Assembly: GCA_048884965.1 (NCBI GenBank)
Contig: JBHLQH010000001.1
Span: forward strand, 128,001-192,000
DNA from: Candidatus Thorarchaeota archaeon
GTDB taxonomy: Archaea > Asgardarchaeota > Thorarchaeia > Thorarchaeales > Thorarchaeaceae
Reading direction: 5' to 3'
DNA length: 64,000 nt
Positions 1 to 9,435 of this stretch are shown in pieces. The notes under the pieces were generated by a model. The model was not told the origin of the DNA. It made no database searches and saw only the letters and a list, made by a program, of their open reading frames with translations. Position 1 is the first letter of the stretch; each line of letters starts with the position of its first letter. A program made the position numbers and the translations under genes.

Positions 1-1
1 C

Positions 2-643
2 GCAGCAAAGAAAGGTGGTGCTGATGGTGTTTCTGCAATAAACACCGTTGAGTCACTAATTGGAATTGATATTGAAACCGCTACTCCTATGCCACAGGCA
101 TATTCAATCAAGCCAGGCTCCGATTCCAGTACATACGGTGGTTTTTGCGGTCCTGCTGTGAAACCAATTGGACTACGAGTAGTTTCACAGATAGCCAGAG
201 CTGAACCTAACTTACTAATATCAGGAATTGGAGGGATCGAGGATTGGCATAGTGCTGCTGAGTACATCATGGTAGGAGCTCAGACTCTACAAGTCTGCAC
301 TGCAGTAATGTGGCACGGATTCGGGATCATCAAGGAGATGACATCAGGACTAGAGGAGTTCATGACACGCAAAGGCTACGAATCGCTCACGTCAATGGTT
401 GGAGTTGCTTTGCCAAAACTAACTACCTGGGAGGCACTCGATAAGCTACCTCCTGTGGTTGCGAAGATAACAGATGCTTGCACTGGTTGCAAGAAATGCG
501 TCATTGCATGCGCTGATGGTGGTTATGTTGCAATCCAGATGCGTGGAGAAAGAGCTGTTGTGAATGAGGAGAAATGTGATGGTTGCGGGTTATGTGCGGT
601 TATATGTGATGATAAAGCTGTAGAGTTTGTCTATCTTATATGA
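2..643 (+). CDS. preA: NAD-dependent dihydropyrimidine dehydrogenase subunit PreA (5'-truncated by window edge)
   Basis: The frame is open from position 2 (AAKKGGADGVSAINTVESL...), upstream of the ORF-track Met at 89. It has GGFCGPAVKPIGL, ISGIGGI and LQVCTAVM DHOD-like motifs and a C-terminal 2x[4Fe-4S] domain (CTGCKKCVIAC, CDGCGLCAVIC). Confidence 0.9.
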   Translation, partial: AAKKGGADGVSAINTVESLIGIDIETATPMPQAYSIKPGSDSSTYGGFCGPAVKPIGLRVVSQIARAEPNLLISGIGGIEDWHSAAEYIMVGAQTLQVCTAVMWHGFGIIKEMTSGLEEFMTRKGYESLTSMVGVALPKLTTWEALDKLPPVVAKITDACTGCKKCVIACADGGYVAIQMRGERAVVNEEKCDGCGLCAVICDDKAVEFVYLI

Positions 644-698
644 TTCATTACACAACAATCAAATAGCAGATTCACAGTAATGAAAAGTCCGCAAGGAT

Positions 699-2162
699 GT
701 GTGTGTCTTGACAGCTGAAGTCGTTAAGAATTATATCAATGGAAAATGGGTAGAATCAAAATCGAAGGAAACTAGTGATGTAGTCAATCCTGCAACAGGT
801 GAGGTAATCGCTAAAACTCCGATGAGTACAGTCGAGGAAACTCAACAAGCTGTAGAGGCAGCCAAGACTGCTTTCAGACGGTGGCGTGCGACTCCAGCTA
901 TGACTCGTGTTCGTTATCTCAATAGGATTGGCAACGCATATGAGGAGCACTTTGAGGAACTCTCAAAGATTCTTACTGAGGAACAAGGAAAAGCCTTGGA
1001 TGAATCTCGTGGTGAATATCGACGCACTATTGAGAACATTGAATGTGCTACAAGCATACCATCACTGCAAATGGGCTATAATGCTGAAGACATCGCTGCA
1101 GGAATTGATGAGAAGGTGATCAAGCAACCTCTGGGTGTTTTCTTCTGCATCGCTCCTTTCAACTTTCCCGGAATGGTTCCGACTTGGTTCTGGCCATTTG
1201 CAATCGGCACCGGTAACACATACATCGTCAAACCCTCACCTCAAGTCCCATTGAGTCAAGTACGCCAATTTGAGATAATTCATGACCTGGGCTTACCGAA
1301 GGGCGTTCTCAATATGGTGCACGGCGGCGCGGATGTTGCTAATACACTGATTGAAAGCCCCGACACAATTGGTGTGTCTTTTGTGGGTTCCACACATGTT
1401 GGAAAGCTTGTCTACAAGAAAGCTGGTGAGTATGGAAAGCGAGCTCAAGTCCAAGGCGGAGCTAAGAACTTCCTAACAGTCATGCCTGACGCGGATCTTG
1501 AAAGGGCTGTTCCTGCAATCATTACTTCATTCTATGGATGCTCTGGTCAGCGATGTCTGGCCGGAGGAGTCTTGCTAGCTGTTGGTGATATCTATGAGCC
1601 ACTGAAGCAGGCTATAGTTGAAGCATCCAAGCAACTTTCTGTTGGGAACGGATTGGAAGAAGGAATCCAGATGGGCCCCATGGCATCGAAGCATGGAATG
1701 GACCACACATTGAGACTCATAGAATCTGGGATTCAAGAAGGCGCAGAGTTGATTCTTGATGGACGAGGACTAAAGGTTCCCGAGTATCCAAATGGCTTCT
1801 TCATCGGGCCAACTGTCTTTGACAAGGTCAAACCTAATATGAAGATAGCAACTGAGGAGATTTTTGGTCCGGTCATTCCTATCGTTCAGGTGAAGGATCT
1901 TGAGGAAGCAATCGAGCTGATTCATGCTAACAGATATGGGAACGCTTCTTCAGTTTTCACTACAAGTGGTAGTGTTGCGCGTGAATATGCGTATAAAGTT
2001 AAAGCTGGGAATATCGGTATCAATATTGGAGTGGCCGCTCCAATAGCGACATTTCCGTTCTCTGGGATGAAGGATTCATTTCTTGGTGACCTTCATGGAC
2101 AAGGGCGTGATGCAGTAGATTTCTTCACAGAGAATAAGGTCGTTATTGAACGTTGGTTCTGA
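699..2162 (+). CDS. mmsA: CoA-acylating (methyl)malonate-semialdehyde dehydrogenase
   Basis: ALDH fold with IAPFNFPGMVP, SFVGST, GGAKNF, catalytic GQRCLA, EEIFGPV and FSGMKDSFLGDLHGQG, typical of MmsA/IolA. The start may be TTG at 708. Confidence 0.9.
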   Translation: MCVLTAEVVKNYINGKWVESKSKETSDVVNPATGEVIAKTPMSTVEETQQAVEAAKTAFRRWRATPAMTRVRYLNRIGNAYEEHFEELSKILTEEQGKALDESRGEYRRTIENIECATSIPSLQMGYNAEDIAAGIDEKVIKQPLGVFFCIAPFNFPGMVPTWFWPFAIGTGNTYIVKPSPQVPLSQVRQFEIIHDLGLPKGVLNMVHGGADVANTLIESPDTIGVSFVGSTHVGKLVYKKAGEYGKRAQVQGGAKNFLTVMPDADLERAVPAIITSFYGCSGQRCLAGGVLLAVGDIYEPLKQAIVEASKQLSVGNGLEEGIQMGPMASKHGMDHTLRLIESGIQEGAELILDGRGLKVPEYPNGFFIGPTVFDKVKPNMKIATEEIFGPVIPIVQVKDLEEAIELIHANRYGNASSVFTTSGSVAREYAYKVKAGNIGINIGVAAPIATFPFSGMKDSFLGDLHGQGRDAVDFFTENKVVIERWF

Positions 2163-2174
2163 TATGGATAGGAT

Positions 2175-2615
2175 GTGATCGAACTGGAACTAGGTACTTT
2201 CGGATCTGTGATGAAGTTCGCAATGGATCTAGAATCGTTAGCCAAGGATTACTACGAAGACGCGCTCAAGATGATCTCAAACCCCTCATTCAGATCCATA
2301 CTGGACCATTTGGCTAAAAGAGCCAATGTACGTCTGGCAACACTTGAGAGAATTCGTCGTGAGAACATTACTGAAATGATTCTTGAACCTATCAAAGGAT
2401 TGGATTCTGATGCATATCCATATGAAATGAATCCAAATCCTTCCACTGATGACAAAGATACCCTCGACCTAGCTATCAACCTAGAGGAAACTCGTAAGAA
2501 ATTCTTTGAAGCTGCTGGAAGTAAGATAGAATTTCTGATAGAAGCAGCTGATGCTTTCGAGCGACTTGGAGATGAGAATGCGGAGAATCTTGAATCCCTC
2601 AAAGCTTACCTCTAG
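2175..2615 (+). CDS. Ferritin-like/rubrerythrin-like four-helix protein
   Basis: Two repeated 'AMDLE...YY' / 'AINLE...FF' helix-pair motifs. Confidence 0.65.
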   Translation: MIELELGTFGSVMKFAMDLESLAKDYYEDALKMISNPSFRSILDHLAKRANVRLATLERIRRENITEMILEPIKGLDSDAYPYEMNPNPSTDDKDTLDLAINLEETRKKFFEAAGSKIEFLIEAADAFERLGDENAENLESLKAYL

Positions 2616-2653
2616 CCCTAAGAAATAAGTGCTAGTACTGATATCTATAGGCT

Positions 2654-3322
2654 ATGGATCTTATTCTGTACAGCCTCATCTTTTGGGTCGCTGCCATTGT
2701 ATTCACAGGTCTTGAGGTCAGAGAGAAGACTGGAAATGTTATCACCACAATCATCAAAGTGATACCTGCCCTCACGGCTGTCGTGTTTGTATTCTCGTCG
2801 ATACCGTCTCCTTCCCTCTTCTATCCTCTTTTACTGATTGCTTTGGTGTTCTGTGGATTGGGTGACGTCGCTATGGAGTACAATATCCTCCCTGGATTGG
2901 GGATGTTCCTCTTTGGACATATAGTGTTCATCATCAACTTTGTCATGCATAGTACGGTAGGTGTTGACATCATCCCAATTGCTGTATTCTTCATCTGTGT
3001 AGCTATGATGTTGGTCTATATTCTTCTGTTCCATAGATATCTCCTGACGGCAGAAGAACCAACTAAGATGATCAAAGCTGTTGATGTCTATGCTCTTGCT
3101 ATCTCATTCACATTCTGCACCTCGATTTTGCTGTGGCTCTCAACTGCTACTCTCTTTGGATTCTTCCCAATTATTGGAGTTCTATTCTTCATAGCTTCTG
3201 ATTCAATGATAGGGATACGAGAGTTTCACCATCGTTTTCGCTTTGATGAACCTGCCACCATGATTACCTATTATCTCGCGATATTCCTAATATCATTAGC
3301 AGCTATCATTTACATCGTGTAA
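2654..3322 (+). CDS. YhhN/TMEM86 family membrane protein (lysoplasmalogenase-like)
   Basis: About 8 TM helices with family motifs K.IP, GD, FLFGH..F, G.LFF..SD and TYYLA. Confidence 0.85.
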   Translation: MDLILYSLIFWVAAIVFTGLEVREKTGNVITTIIKVIPALTAVVFVFSSIPSPSLFYPLLLIALVFCGLGDVAMEYNILPGLGMFLFGHIVFIINFVMHSTVGVDIIPIAVFFICVAMMLVYILLFHRYLLTAEEPTKMIKAVDVYALAISFTFCTSILLWLSTATLFGFFPIIGVLFFIASDSMIGIREFHHRFRFDEPATMITYYLAIFLISLAAIIYIV

Positions 3323-3380
3323 AGGATTGTGATGGGAAGACTTGCTTCTTCCTTAATCGAAGAGCTTACTAGCAAATGAT

Positions 3381-4223
3381 GTGAGTGCTTTGCGAAGGAG
3401 TGAGAGTTGCAAAGCTATGCAAGAAGATATTATTCAACTATTGGAGAGATATGACCTTCGGGTCCTCTCAAGTCGATTGGAAGTGGATCCGACCAATATG
3501 TCTGATCTATCCATCGTCTTTTCACACGAATCCTATCAAAATTTTGAAGCCCATCTTTTCACTATTGCCGATGCATGCGGTTGGTACCCACATCTACTAC
3601 ATTCAGGGGATGTAGAGGTTTTGTGTAGTGTTCTTCCAGATGAATCCCAGAAAGCCATCTGTCGTTTCACGGATGCAACAAGAGAGTTGATGCTTCAACT
3701 ACAACGATACAGAGAGCGAATTGCATTAGGAGAAATTCCTAGCTTCATATGGGCACATCACGAATTCCGCTGGCATAGATTCGACTGGGACTCAGCAAAA
3801 TGGGGCTCCCTTCCTTCAGAGGATTACTTGCAGTATGTGGATTCTTCAATTAGATCCCATATTCTACGACTGAACGAGCTCGGCTTTGTGACCAAGGAGA
3901 GTTGTTCTGGTCTCCCTGAAGAACATACTGATCGCGACCCATACTGGCCCTATATCATGTTTGAAGAGAGAGCCTATCCAGGAATCGCGCCTCATCTGTT
4001 TACACTATCTGATATTGCTCTGTGGGATGCAAAATACGCTCCTCACAATTTTGATGTCTATCTCAAGGCTCCACGGGGAGTGGCGACACTCGATTCATTT
4101 TGTAATCTTGTGAATTGTGCGACGGGTCTTTACAGGCATCTTCATGAGCACTCGCAAAAAGTGACCACAGTGAACCTTTCTTCTTTGACCTGGAGAATGA
4201 AATCCTATTCTGTCGAGAAGTAG
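3381..4223 (+). CDS. Hypothetical protein with internal duplication; C-terminal copy has a TYW3/Taw3-like motif
   Basis: Motif VDSSIRSHILRLNELGFVTKESCSG. Two related segments: IVFSHESYQNFEAHLFTIADACGW and IMFEERAYPGIAPHLFTLSDIALW. Confidence 0.6.
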   Translation: MSALRRSESCKAMQEDIIQLLERYDLRVLSSRLEVDPTNMSDLSIVFSHESYQNFEAHLFTIADACGWYPHLLHSGDVEVLCSVLPDESQKAICRFTDATRELMLQLQRYRERIALGEIPSFIWAHHEFRWHRFDWDSAKWGSLPSEDYLQYVDSSIRSHILRLNELGFVTKESCSGLPEEHTDRDPYWPYIMFEERAYPGIAPHLFTLSDIALWDAKYAPHNFDVYLKAPRGVATLDSFCNLVNCATGLYRHLHEHSQKVTTVNLSSLTWRMKSYSVEK

Positions 4224-4407
4224 ATCTTAACTGAAACGAAATGAACTGGATACTCGAAGGAATATCCAGATATTTTCACAATTCAGTAAGGTTGCAATTA
4301 CTTCAACGATCTACTGGAAGTTAGATGTATTTCAGAAGCTCTACATTTCCGAGAAATCAAGACATATTCCCGTTAGCTCCTACTGGTAGAGGTTCGAGGC
4401 GTGTCAA

Positions 4408-5253
4408 ATGAAGTATGGAATATCATTGCCAAATTTTGGATGGTTTGGTGATATCAATGTGCTCATTGATGTTGCCACTGATGCAGAGGACGCAGGATGG
4501 GACGGATTCTTCCTATGGGATCATATGTTGGTTTTCAAAGAGGATCATACAATCTTTTCCGATCCCAATATTGCTCTTTCAGCTATAGCATGCAATACAA
4601 AGAAGATTTCATTCGGTCCGATGGTCACACCACTTCCTCGAAGACGTCCTTGGAAGGTAGCTCGAGAATGTGTCACTCTGGATCATCTCTCAAAGGGACG
4701 TTTCATTCTAGGGGTGGGAATCGGTGCTCCTCCTGATCCTGAATTCACAGCCTTCGGTGAGGAACCAAGTGCAAAAATCCGTGCGGAAAAATTAGATGAG
4801 AGCTTGGATATCATCACAGGTCTCTGGACCGGAGAACCCTTCTCATATACTGGCCATCACTATCAGGTTGACAATGTGACTTTTCTCCCCAGACCGTATC
4901 AGAAGCAGGGGATTCCCATATGGGTAGGTGGGGGCATTCCTCATAAATCACCATTCAGGCGTGCTGCTAGATTTCAAGGAGTAATTCCTATTCACTCTCA
5001 ATGGCCTACTCCTATTCAACCTTCTGATCTCAATGGTGTACTTAACATAGTGAAAGCAGAACGTGGTAGTCTAGATGACTATGAGGTAGTGATATGCGGG
5101 GAAACGACTGGTGATGATGAAAACAAGGACCAGGAAATTCTTCAGCCTTGGTTAGATGCAGGTATCACTTGGTGGCTTGAGGATATCAATGGAATGCGAG
5201 CGACTGTCGATATCCTCAGAGAGAGAATTCGAAATGGACCTCCCAAGATCTAG
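4408..5253 (+). CDS. Luciferase-like (LLM class) flavin/F420-dependent oxidoreductase
   Basis: AEDAGWDGFFLWDH, PRRRPWKVARECVTLDHLSKGRFILGVGIG and IPIWVGG motifs. Confidence 0.9.
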   Translation: MKYGISLPNFGWFGDINVLIDVATDAEDAGWDGFFLWDHMLVFKEDHTIFSDPNIALSAIACNTKKISFGPMVTPLPRRRPWKVARECVTLDHLSKGRFILGVGIGAPPDPEFTAFGEEPSAKIRAEKLDESLDIITGLWTGEPFSYTGHHYQVDNVTFLPRPYQKQGIPIWVGGGIPHKSPFRRAARFQGVIPIHSQWPTPIQPSDLNGVLNIVKAERGSLDDYEVVICGETTGDDENKDQEILQPWLDAGITWWLEDINGMRATVDILRERIRNGPPKI

Positions 5254-5286
5254 ATGTCACATTCATTGGCACAGATAGAAAAAGAA

Positions 5287-5309
5287 GAGGAGTGATTACA
5301 GCACTCCTC
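5287..5309 (-). terminator. Hairpin terminator between convergent LLM and MFS genes
   Basis: GAGGAGTG-attacag-CACTCCTC 8-bp stem, followed on the minus strand by TTCTTTTTCT. Confidence 0.6.
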
Positions 5310-5324
5310 ATGCTACGAGAAGAA

Positions 5325-6566
5325 TTACCTCTCCATTTCGATTGCTTCAAGCTCCTTGCCCTTTGTTTCAAGTGGCTTTGCTAGAAGCGTAAAGAGTGGG
5401 ACTATCATGAGTAGGCCAGCAATAATCCAGAACCCATCCATAATCGGGAATATTGCAAGTAGTGCCGAGGATATCAATGGTCCTACAACATAACCAAACC
5501 GAGCTCCTGTTACACATACCCCCACACTAGTGGTCCGTATCTCTGTTGGGAAGATCTCAGCAAGGTAAACGTATATCCATGCAAGAACCGCTGCCATGAA
5601 GAAGAAGGCTCCCCAATAGAAGTACTGTAGACCTGTGATTCCAAGGCCTACCAGACTGATTACTGATCCCAATGAGCCCATCACTAGTACCACATTCCTA
5701 CCGACCTTGTCTAAGAGGATTCCTGAAATCAATGCACTAACTGGCAGAAGGAGACCTGCAACGGTTAACACTGATGTCCATGCTTCAGGAGTTAATCCCT
5801 GTACGGTCTGGAAGTACTCACCTCCCCAAGATGTAGCCATCTTGAATGAGATAGTCCAAACAAGGTATACTACGGTCGCAAGTAGAATGTATTTTCTATC
5901 CTTCCTCTCGATCTTTCGTATAGCTTCCATGACTCCAAGTCGCTTCTCTCTGGTTGCTGCGCTGTCCTTCCATCGCTGAGTTTCTTTCATCCCAAAGGTC
6001 ATGAGAAGTACTACAACCATTAGAATGAACATGATTCCATAGCCCCATCTCCAACCTACAGCATAGATGATCCTATTTCCAAGAATAGCATATAATGGGA
6101 TCACTCCGATGAGAAACGCCAGACTACCATATAATCCTCTTTTGCTAGCAGGTGCTTCCTCTGATATTGGAATTTCCCAAAGATTTGATGTGGTTCCCAT
6201 TATTACCAGTGAATAGAGTAGTAGGAAGATGTATACATTCACTGATAGAAAAACAATCAGAATGGCTGGAATTCCCATAGTCAATACCAAGACTTGGATG
6301 CCCTTCTTCCTTCCATAGGCATCTCCAAACCATCCAATGAAGAATACTGCAAACACGAGAATCCCAAACAGTCCTTGGAGCAATGCAAATTCACTCCTTG
6401 CCACCTCATTTGTTGCGGAGGGCCAGAACTCGTTCAAAATCTCGGGAATTGCTGTCGCTTCTATCAATGATAGCCAACTATCAAGTTGGCTAACAAGTCC
6501 CATGAGAACAATCAGGAAAACCATGTATCCTTTGGAAACCTTTGTAGCAGGCTTTTCACTTTCCAT
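5325..6566 (-). CDS. MFS transporter (sugar/aromatic acid-like)
   Basis: About 12 TM helices with MFS motif A twice (GWFGDAYGRK, GILLDKVGRN) and YLAEIFPTEIR...ETKGKELE. Confidence 0.9.
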   Translation of the reverse strand: MESEKPATKVSKGYMVFLIVLMGLVSQLDSWLSLIEATAIPEILNEFWPSATNEVARSEFALLQGLFGILVFAVFFIGWFGDAYGRKKGIQVLVLTMGIPAILIVFLSVNVYIFLLLYSLVIMGTTSNLWEIPISEEAPASKRGLYGSLAFLIGVIPLYAILGNRIIYAVGWRWGYGIMFILMVVVLLMTFGMKETQRWKDSAATREKRLGVMEAIRKIERKDRKYILLATVVYLVWTISFKMATSWGGEYFQTVQGLTPEAWTSVLTVAGLLLPVSALISGILLDKVGRNVVLVMGSLGSVISLVGLGITGLQYFYWGAFFFMAAVLAWIYVYLAEIFPTEIRTTSVGVCVTGARFGYVVGPLISSALLAIFPIMDGFWIIAGLLMIVPLFTLLAKPLETKGKELEAIEMER

Positions 6567-6702
6567 CTCTCATTCCTCGCGAATACAAATCGTAAAGAGA
6601 AAGATTGACACGCGAGTATTATAGTCTTTTTATCGGCGGAAATTGTACGATTTCTAGCAAATTGATAACTTGGTTGTGCATTTTCATTCATTAGAGCGTT
6701 AG

Positions 6703-7518
6703 TTATTCATAGTTCAGGATTCTCTTCATCTCACTGAAATCCATTTTCTGAGATTTCGACCGTAGTGTTTCGAAAACCCTCCTTAGCCATTTGATACCTT
6801 CAGTCGTTTCAAAGCACAGTGCTTGGTGAAAGTCAACTTGCGCATCCAATCCTGGAAGATACAGAAGACCCCCTTTGTCGCTCCCACCAATAGCCCATGA
6901 ACAGTCCTCAACGACGTAGATATTAGTCTTCAAAGGATTTGTGGCCTTCATGAATAGATCGCCTACATCTAGTTGGATGATATCCTTTACTCCACTTTTT
7001 GTGAACACGACATCAATAACAGCATTCCCGATATTCGGTTCCCATAGCTCGAAGAATGATTGCTCGAGCTTCATATTCATTGTACCACCGATGAACCCGA
7101 AAGATATGTCCTCAGTGAATGAATCCTTTGCCTTTGCTACAATTGAAAGAATATCCGTAAGCACAACATAGTCAAGTTGCCAGAACTCCTCTCTCAGCTG
7201 TCTATCCTCAATAGCCATCATGTGAGTTGAGAGGTAGCGATTCTTTGAAGATGATGATAGCGACTTACTAAATCGTATGAAACGCATTGTGTTCAATGTG
7301 GGAAGATACATACTATCTTGATGGGCAATCAGCTCGCTCTCAACGAGTTTTTTCAGATGATCCTCCAACGTTGATGGATGAATTTCTAATCCACTAGTGA
7401 TTTCACTGAAACGCATCCCTTTTTCATGGTCCGCTAGTAGCTGCATTACTCGAAGTCTTGTTTCTGATGCAGCTGATTTGAAGAGATTCTCACTCGTTGC
7501 GAAATCCATTGGATTCAC
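6703..7518 (-). CDS. ArsR-type winged-helix transcriptional regulator with C-terminal effector domain
   Basis: N-terminal SETRLRVMQLL...MRFSEI...IHPSTLEDHLKKLVESELI HTH, plus a ~190-aa C-terminal domain. Confidence 0.8.
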   Translation of the reverse strand: MNPMDFATSENLFKSAASETRLRVMQLLADHEKGMRFSEITSGLEIHPSTLEDHLKKLVESELIAHQDSMYLPTLNTMRFIRFSKSLSSSSKNRYLSTHMMAIEDRQLREEFWQLDYVVLTDILSIVAKAKDSFTEDISFGFIGGTMNMKLEQSFFELWEPNIGNAVIDVVFTKSGVKDIIQLDVGDLFMKATNPLKTNIYVVEDCSWAIGGSDKGGLLYLPGLDAQVDFHQALCFETTEGIKWLRRVFETLRSKSQKMDFSEMKRILNYE

Positions 7519-7573
7519 CCAGTTATTCTGAGTTATCTAAATCAATAGGGATGATAAACTCTCGGGATAGCAT

Positions 7574-8035
7574 CTACTCGTCATCTTGCAGCTCTAGCTC
7601 AGAGAACATCTGCTCAAGTTCTTCAGCCTTAGCCTCAGCTTCAGCAGCTTCCTCTTCCCTATGCAAGAATGAAAGAACACTGGCGAGTATCGACCAAGTG
7701 CTTGGGTCCTCTGGGTCAAGCTTAATGGCGTGTTTGAGAGCTTCAACAGCTTCCTCATACCGCTCTAGACTCGTAAGGGCATCCGCCCAGAATACATAGA
7801 TATCCGGATCTTCAGTATCCATCTCTGACAATCGGGAGAAGATTGATTCTGCTTCTTTGTAATCCCCCTTCTCAATTAGAACAATTCCAAGATTCAATAG
7901 GGCATTCTCATTTGCCTGATCAAGCTCAAGTGCATCTCGAAGGACCTTCTCTGCTTCCTCGTACTCCTCTTGAACAAGATGATCCATCGCGATATCGACA
8001 AGTTTCTCTGCTTCTTTGGAATTATCTGGCAACAT
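7574..8035 (-). CDS. TPR repeat protein
   Basis: About 4 TPR units (A...L...G.Y.EA...F...  ..DP). Confidence 0.85.
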   Translation of the reverse strand: MLPDNSKEAEKLVDIAMDHLVQEEYEEAEKVLRDALELDQANENALLNLGIVLIEKGDYKEAESIFSRLSEMDTEDPDIYVFWADALTSLERYEEAVEALKHAIKLDPEDPSTWSILASVLSFLHREEEAAEAEAKAEELEQMFSELELQDDE

Positions 8036-8166
8036 GCATCACTCCGAACGCCGGAGCCAACTGTATCCCTTATTGAAGTTGTCTACATGGATATGGACCT
8101 CTATTTGAAGGATCTTTAACCATCTTTTTTGAACAAGGACCTATCGATTCAGATTCGATCCCAAAC

Positions 8167-8730
8167 CTAAACTCCAACATATCCTCTTGCCGTTCTTGCC
8201 AACCCATTTGCTCCAACTACCAATGCAAGGAAAAGGACAGCTGTGCTAACGTCTACGGCTGGGTTCAAATCGATATATACAGCTACTACTGCTGAGAGTA
8301 TTCCTACGATGAACTGCAACATCCTAAGTTTTCTATCCACATCCTTTTCTAGAATTCCAATGAGAATTCGGGCAATCGCATTGATCAGCCATGCAAAAGC
8401 AATCAGACGTATTTGAAGAGCATCTGCCATCCCTGTTGTGAGGATCAAAGCTGCAACGATAATTATCACCGAAGCTCCCGAAATAAGATTGACAATCCTT
8501 CTTGGCGTACCTTTTGCCTTCACTGCTGCTGCTCTCGCGACCCTGGCAAAACCAACAGCTGCTAATGCTGCAGAAAGAACGAAGATGAGTATTAATGATG
8601 ATAGACTATTACCAATGACGAATAGGATTGCGGCTATAATGGAAATGATACCTACAATCACATCTACTGCTCTTATCCAATTCGGAAAATCCGAATCACT
8701 CATATCTTGACTCATCGAAATATCTCCCAT
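8167..8730 (-). CDS. DUF308/HdeD-like membrane protein
   Basis: Three repeated helical hairpins (I.GI.SII.A...), 6 TM helices. Confidence 0.7.
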   Translation of the reverse strand: MGDISMSQDMSDSDFPNWIRAVDVIVGIISIIAAILFVIGNSLSSLILIFVLSAALAAVGFARVARAAAVKAKGTPRRIVNLISGASVIIIVAALILTTGMADALQIRLIAFAWLINAIARILIGILEKDVDRKLRMLQFIVGILSAVVAVYIDLNPAVDVSTAVLFLALVVGANGLARTARGYVGV

Positions 8731-8871
8731 TTGCTTGACAAATCTCCATCAAACAATAGGGATAGACGCTGTAAAATCTCTTTTGACCTAGCCAAATATG
8801 TATTTCACGCACTGGCAAAAAACCAAGAATTGATTAACTCAAATAATCATTCAAAGTATAGGGTATCGCAA

Positions 8872-9390
8872 TTGGAAGAAATCAATGAAGTACTCAAAAG
8901 AGCGAGCGATCTTAGAGTCGCCAAGCGTTTTGAGGAAGCTCTTCGACTTCTGAAATCAGTACTTCAACAAGATGAGAACGAGTGGAAGGTCTGCACTGAG
9001 CTAGGTCACCTTTGTATCGATAAGGGTGAATACAAGAAGGCTACGACTATGTTCGAGCGAGCAGTGATTTTGAAACCAGACATGGCTGGTTTGTGGAGCA
9101 ATCTCGGATATGCAAAGAAAACGAATGGTGATTTGGATGGCGCAATACATGATACCCGAAAGGCCAAGTCATTAGCCAAGGACTCGTTTGAATTGCATGG
9201 CGCGATGTACAATCTCTCATGCTATCTAGCACTGTCTGGAAAAACAGAATCAGCTATGGAGTATCTTGCAAAAGCATGCAAAGGTGAACCATCTCTCAAA
9301 GAATGGGCACGAACAGATTCCGATCTGGCCTCTCTGAGAAGCGACCCTCGTTTCGACGAGATTCTCGAATACTCCCCTGAATCTACATAG
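8872..9390 (+). CDS. TPR protein with C-terminal TPR 'end-of-group' cap
   Basis: TPR units plus YNLSCYLALSG...A..YL..A...KEWARTDSDLASLRSDPRF cap. The ORF track starts at 8707 overlapping the opposite gene; TTG at 8872 is a more plausible start. Confidence 0.8.
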   Translation: MEEINEVLKRASDLRVAKRFEEALRLLKSVLQQDENEWKVCTELGHLCIDKGEYKKATTMFERAVILKPDMAGLWSNLGYAKKTNGDLDGAIHDTRKAKSLAKDSFELHGAMYNLSCYLALSGKTESAMEYLAKACKGEPSLKEWARTDSDLASLRSDPRFDEILEYSPEST

Positions 9391-9435
9391 TATACTAACA
9401 CCATTCATTCAAATTACTCTGGATTCTGTACGCAC

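Noticed and set aside
4244-4269. CTGGATA...TATCCAG inverted repeat after the 3381-4223 gene
   Set aside because: A 7-bp stem with a 12-nt loop and weak T-tract; it could be a terminator or chance, so support is insufficient.
8707-8871. N-terminal extensions of track ORFs (8707, 22604, 24336, 33160, 54892, 59436)
   Set aside because: They overlap divergent genes or promoter regions; downstream starts with an RBS or family-typical N-termini fit better.
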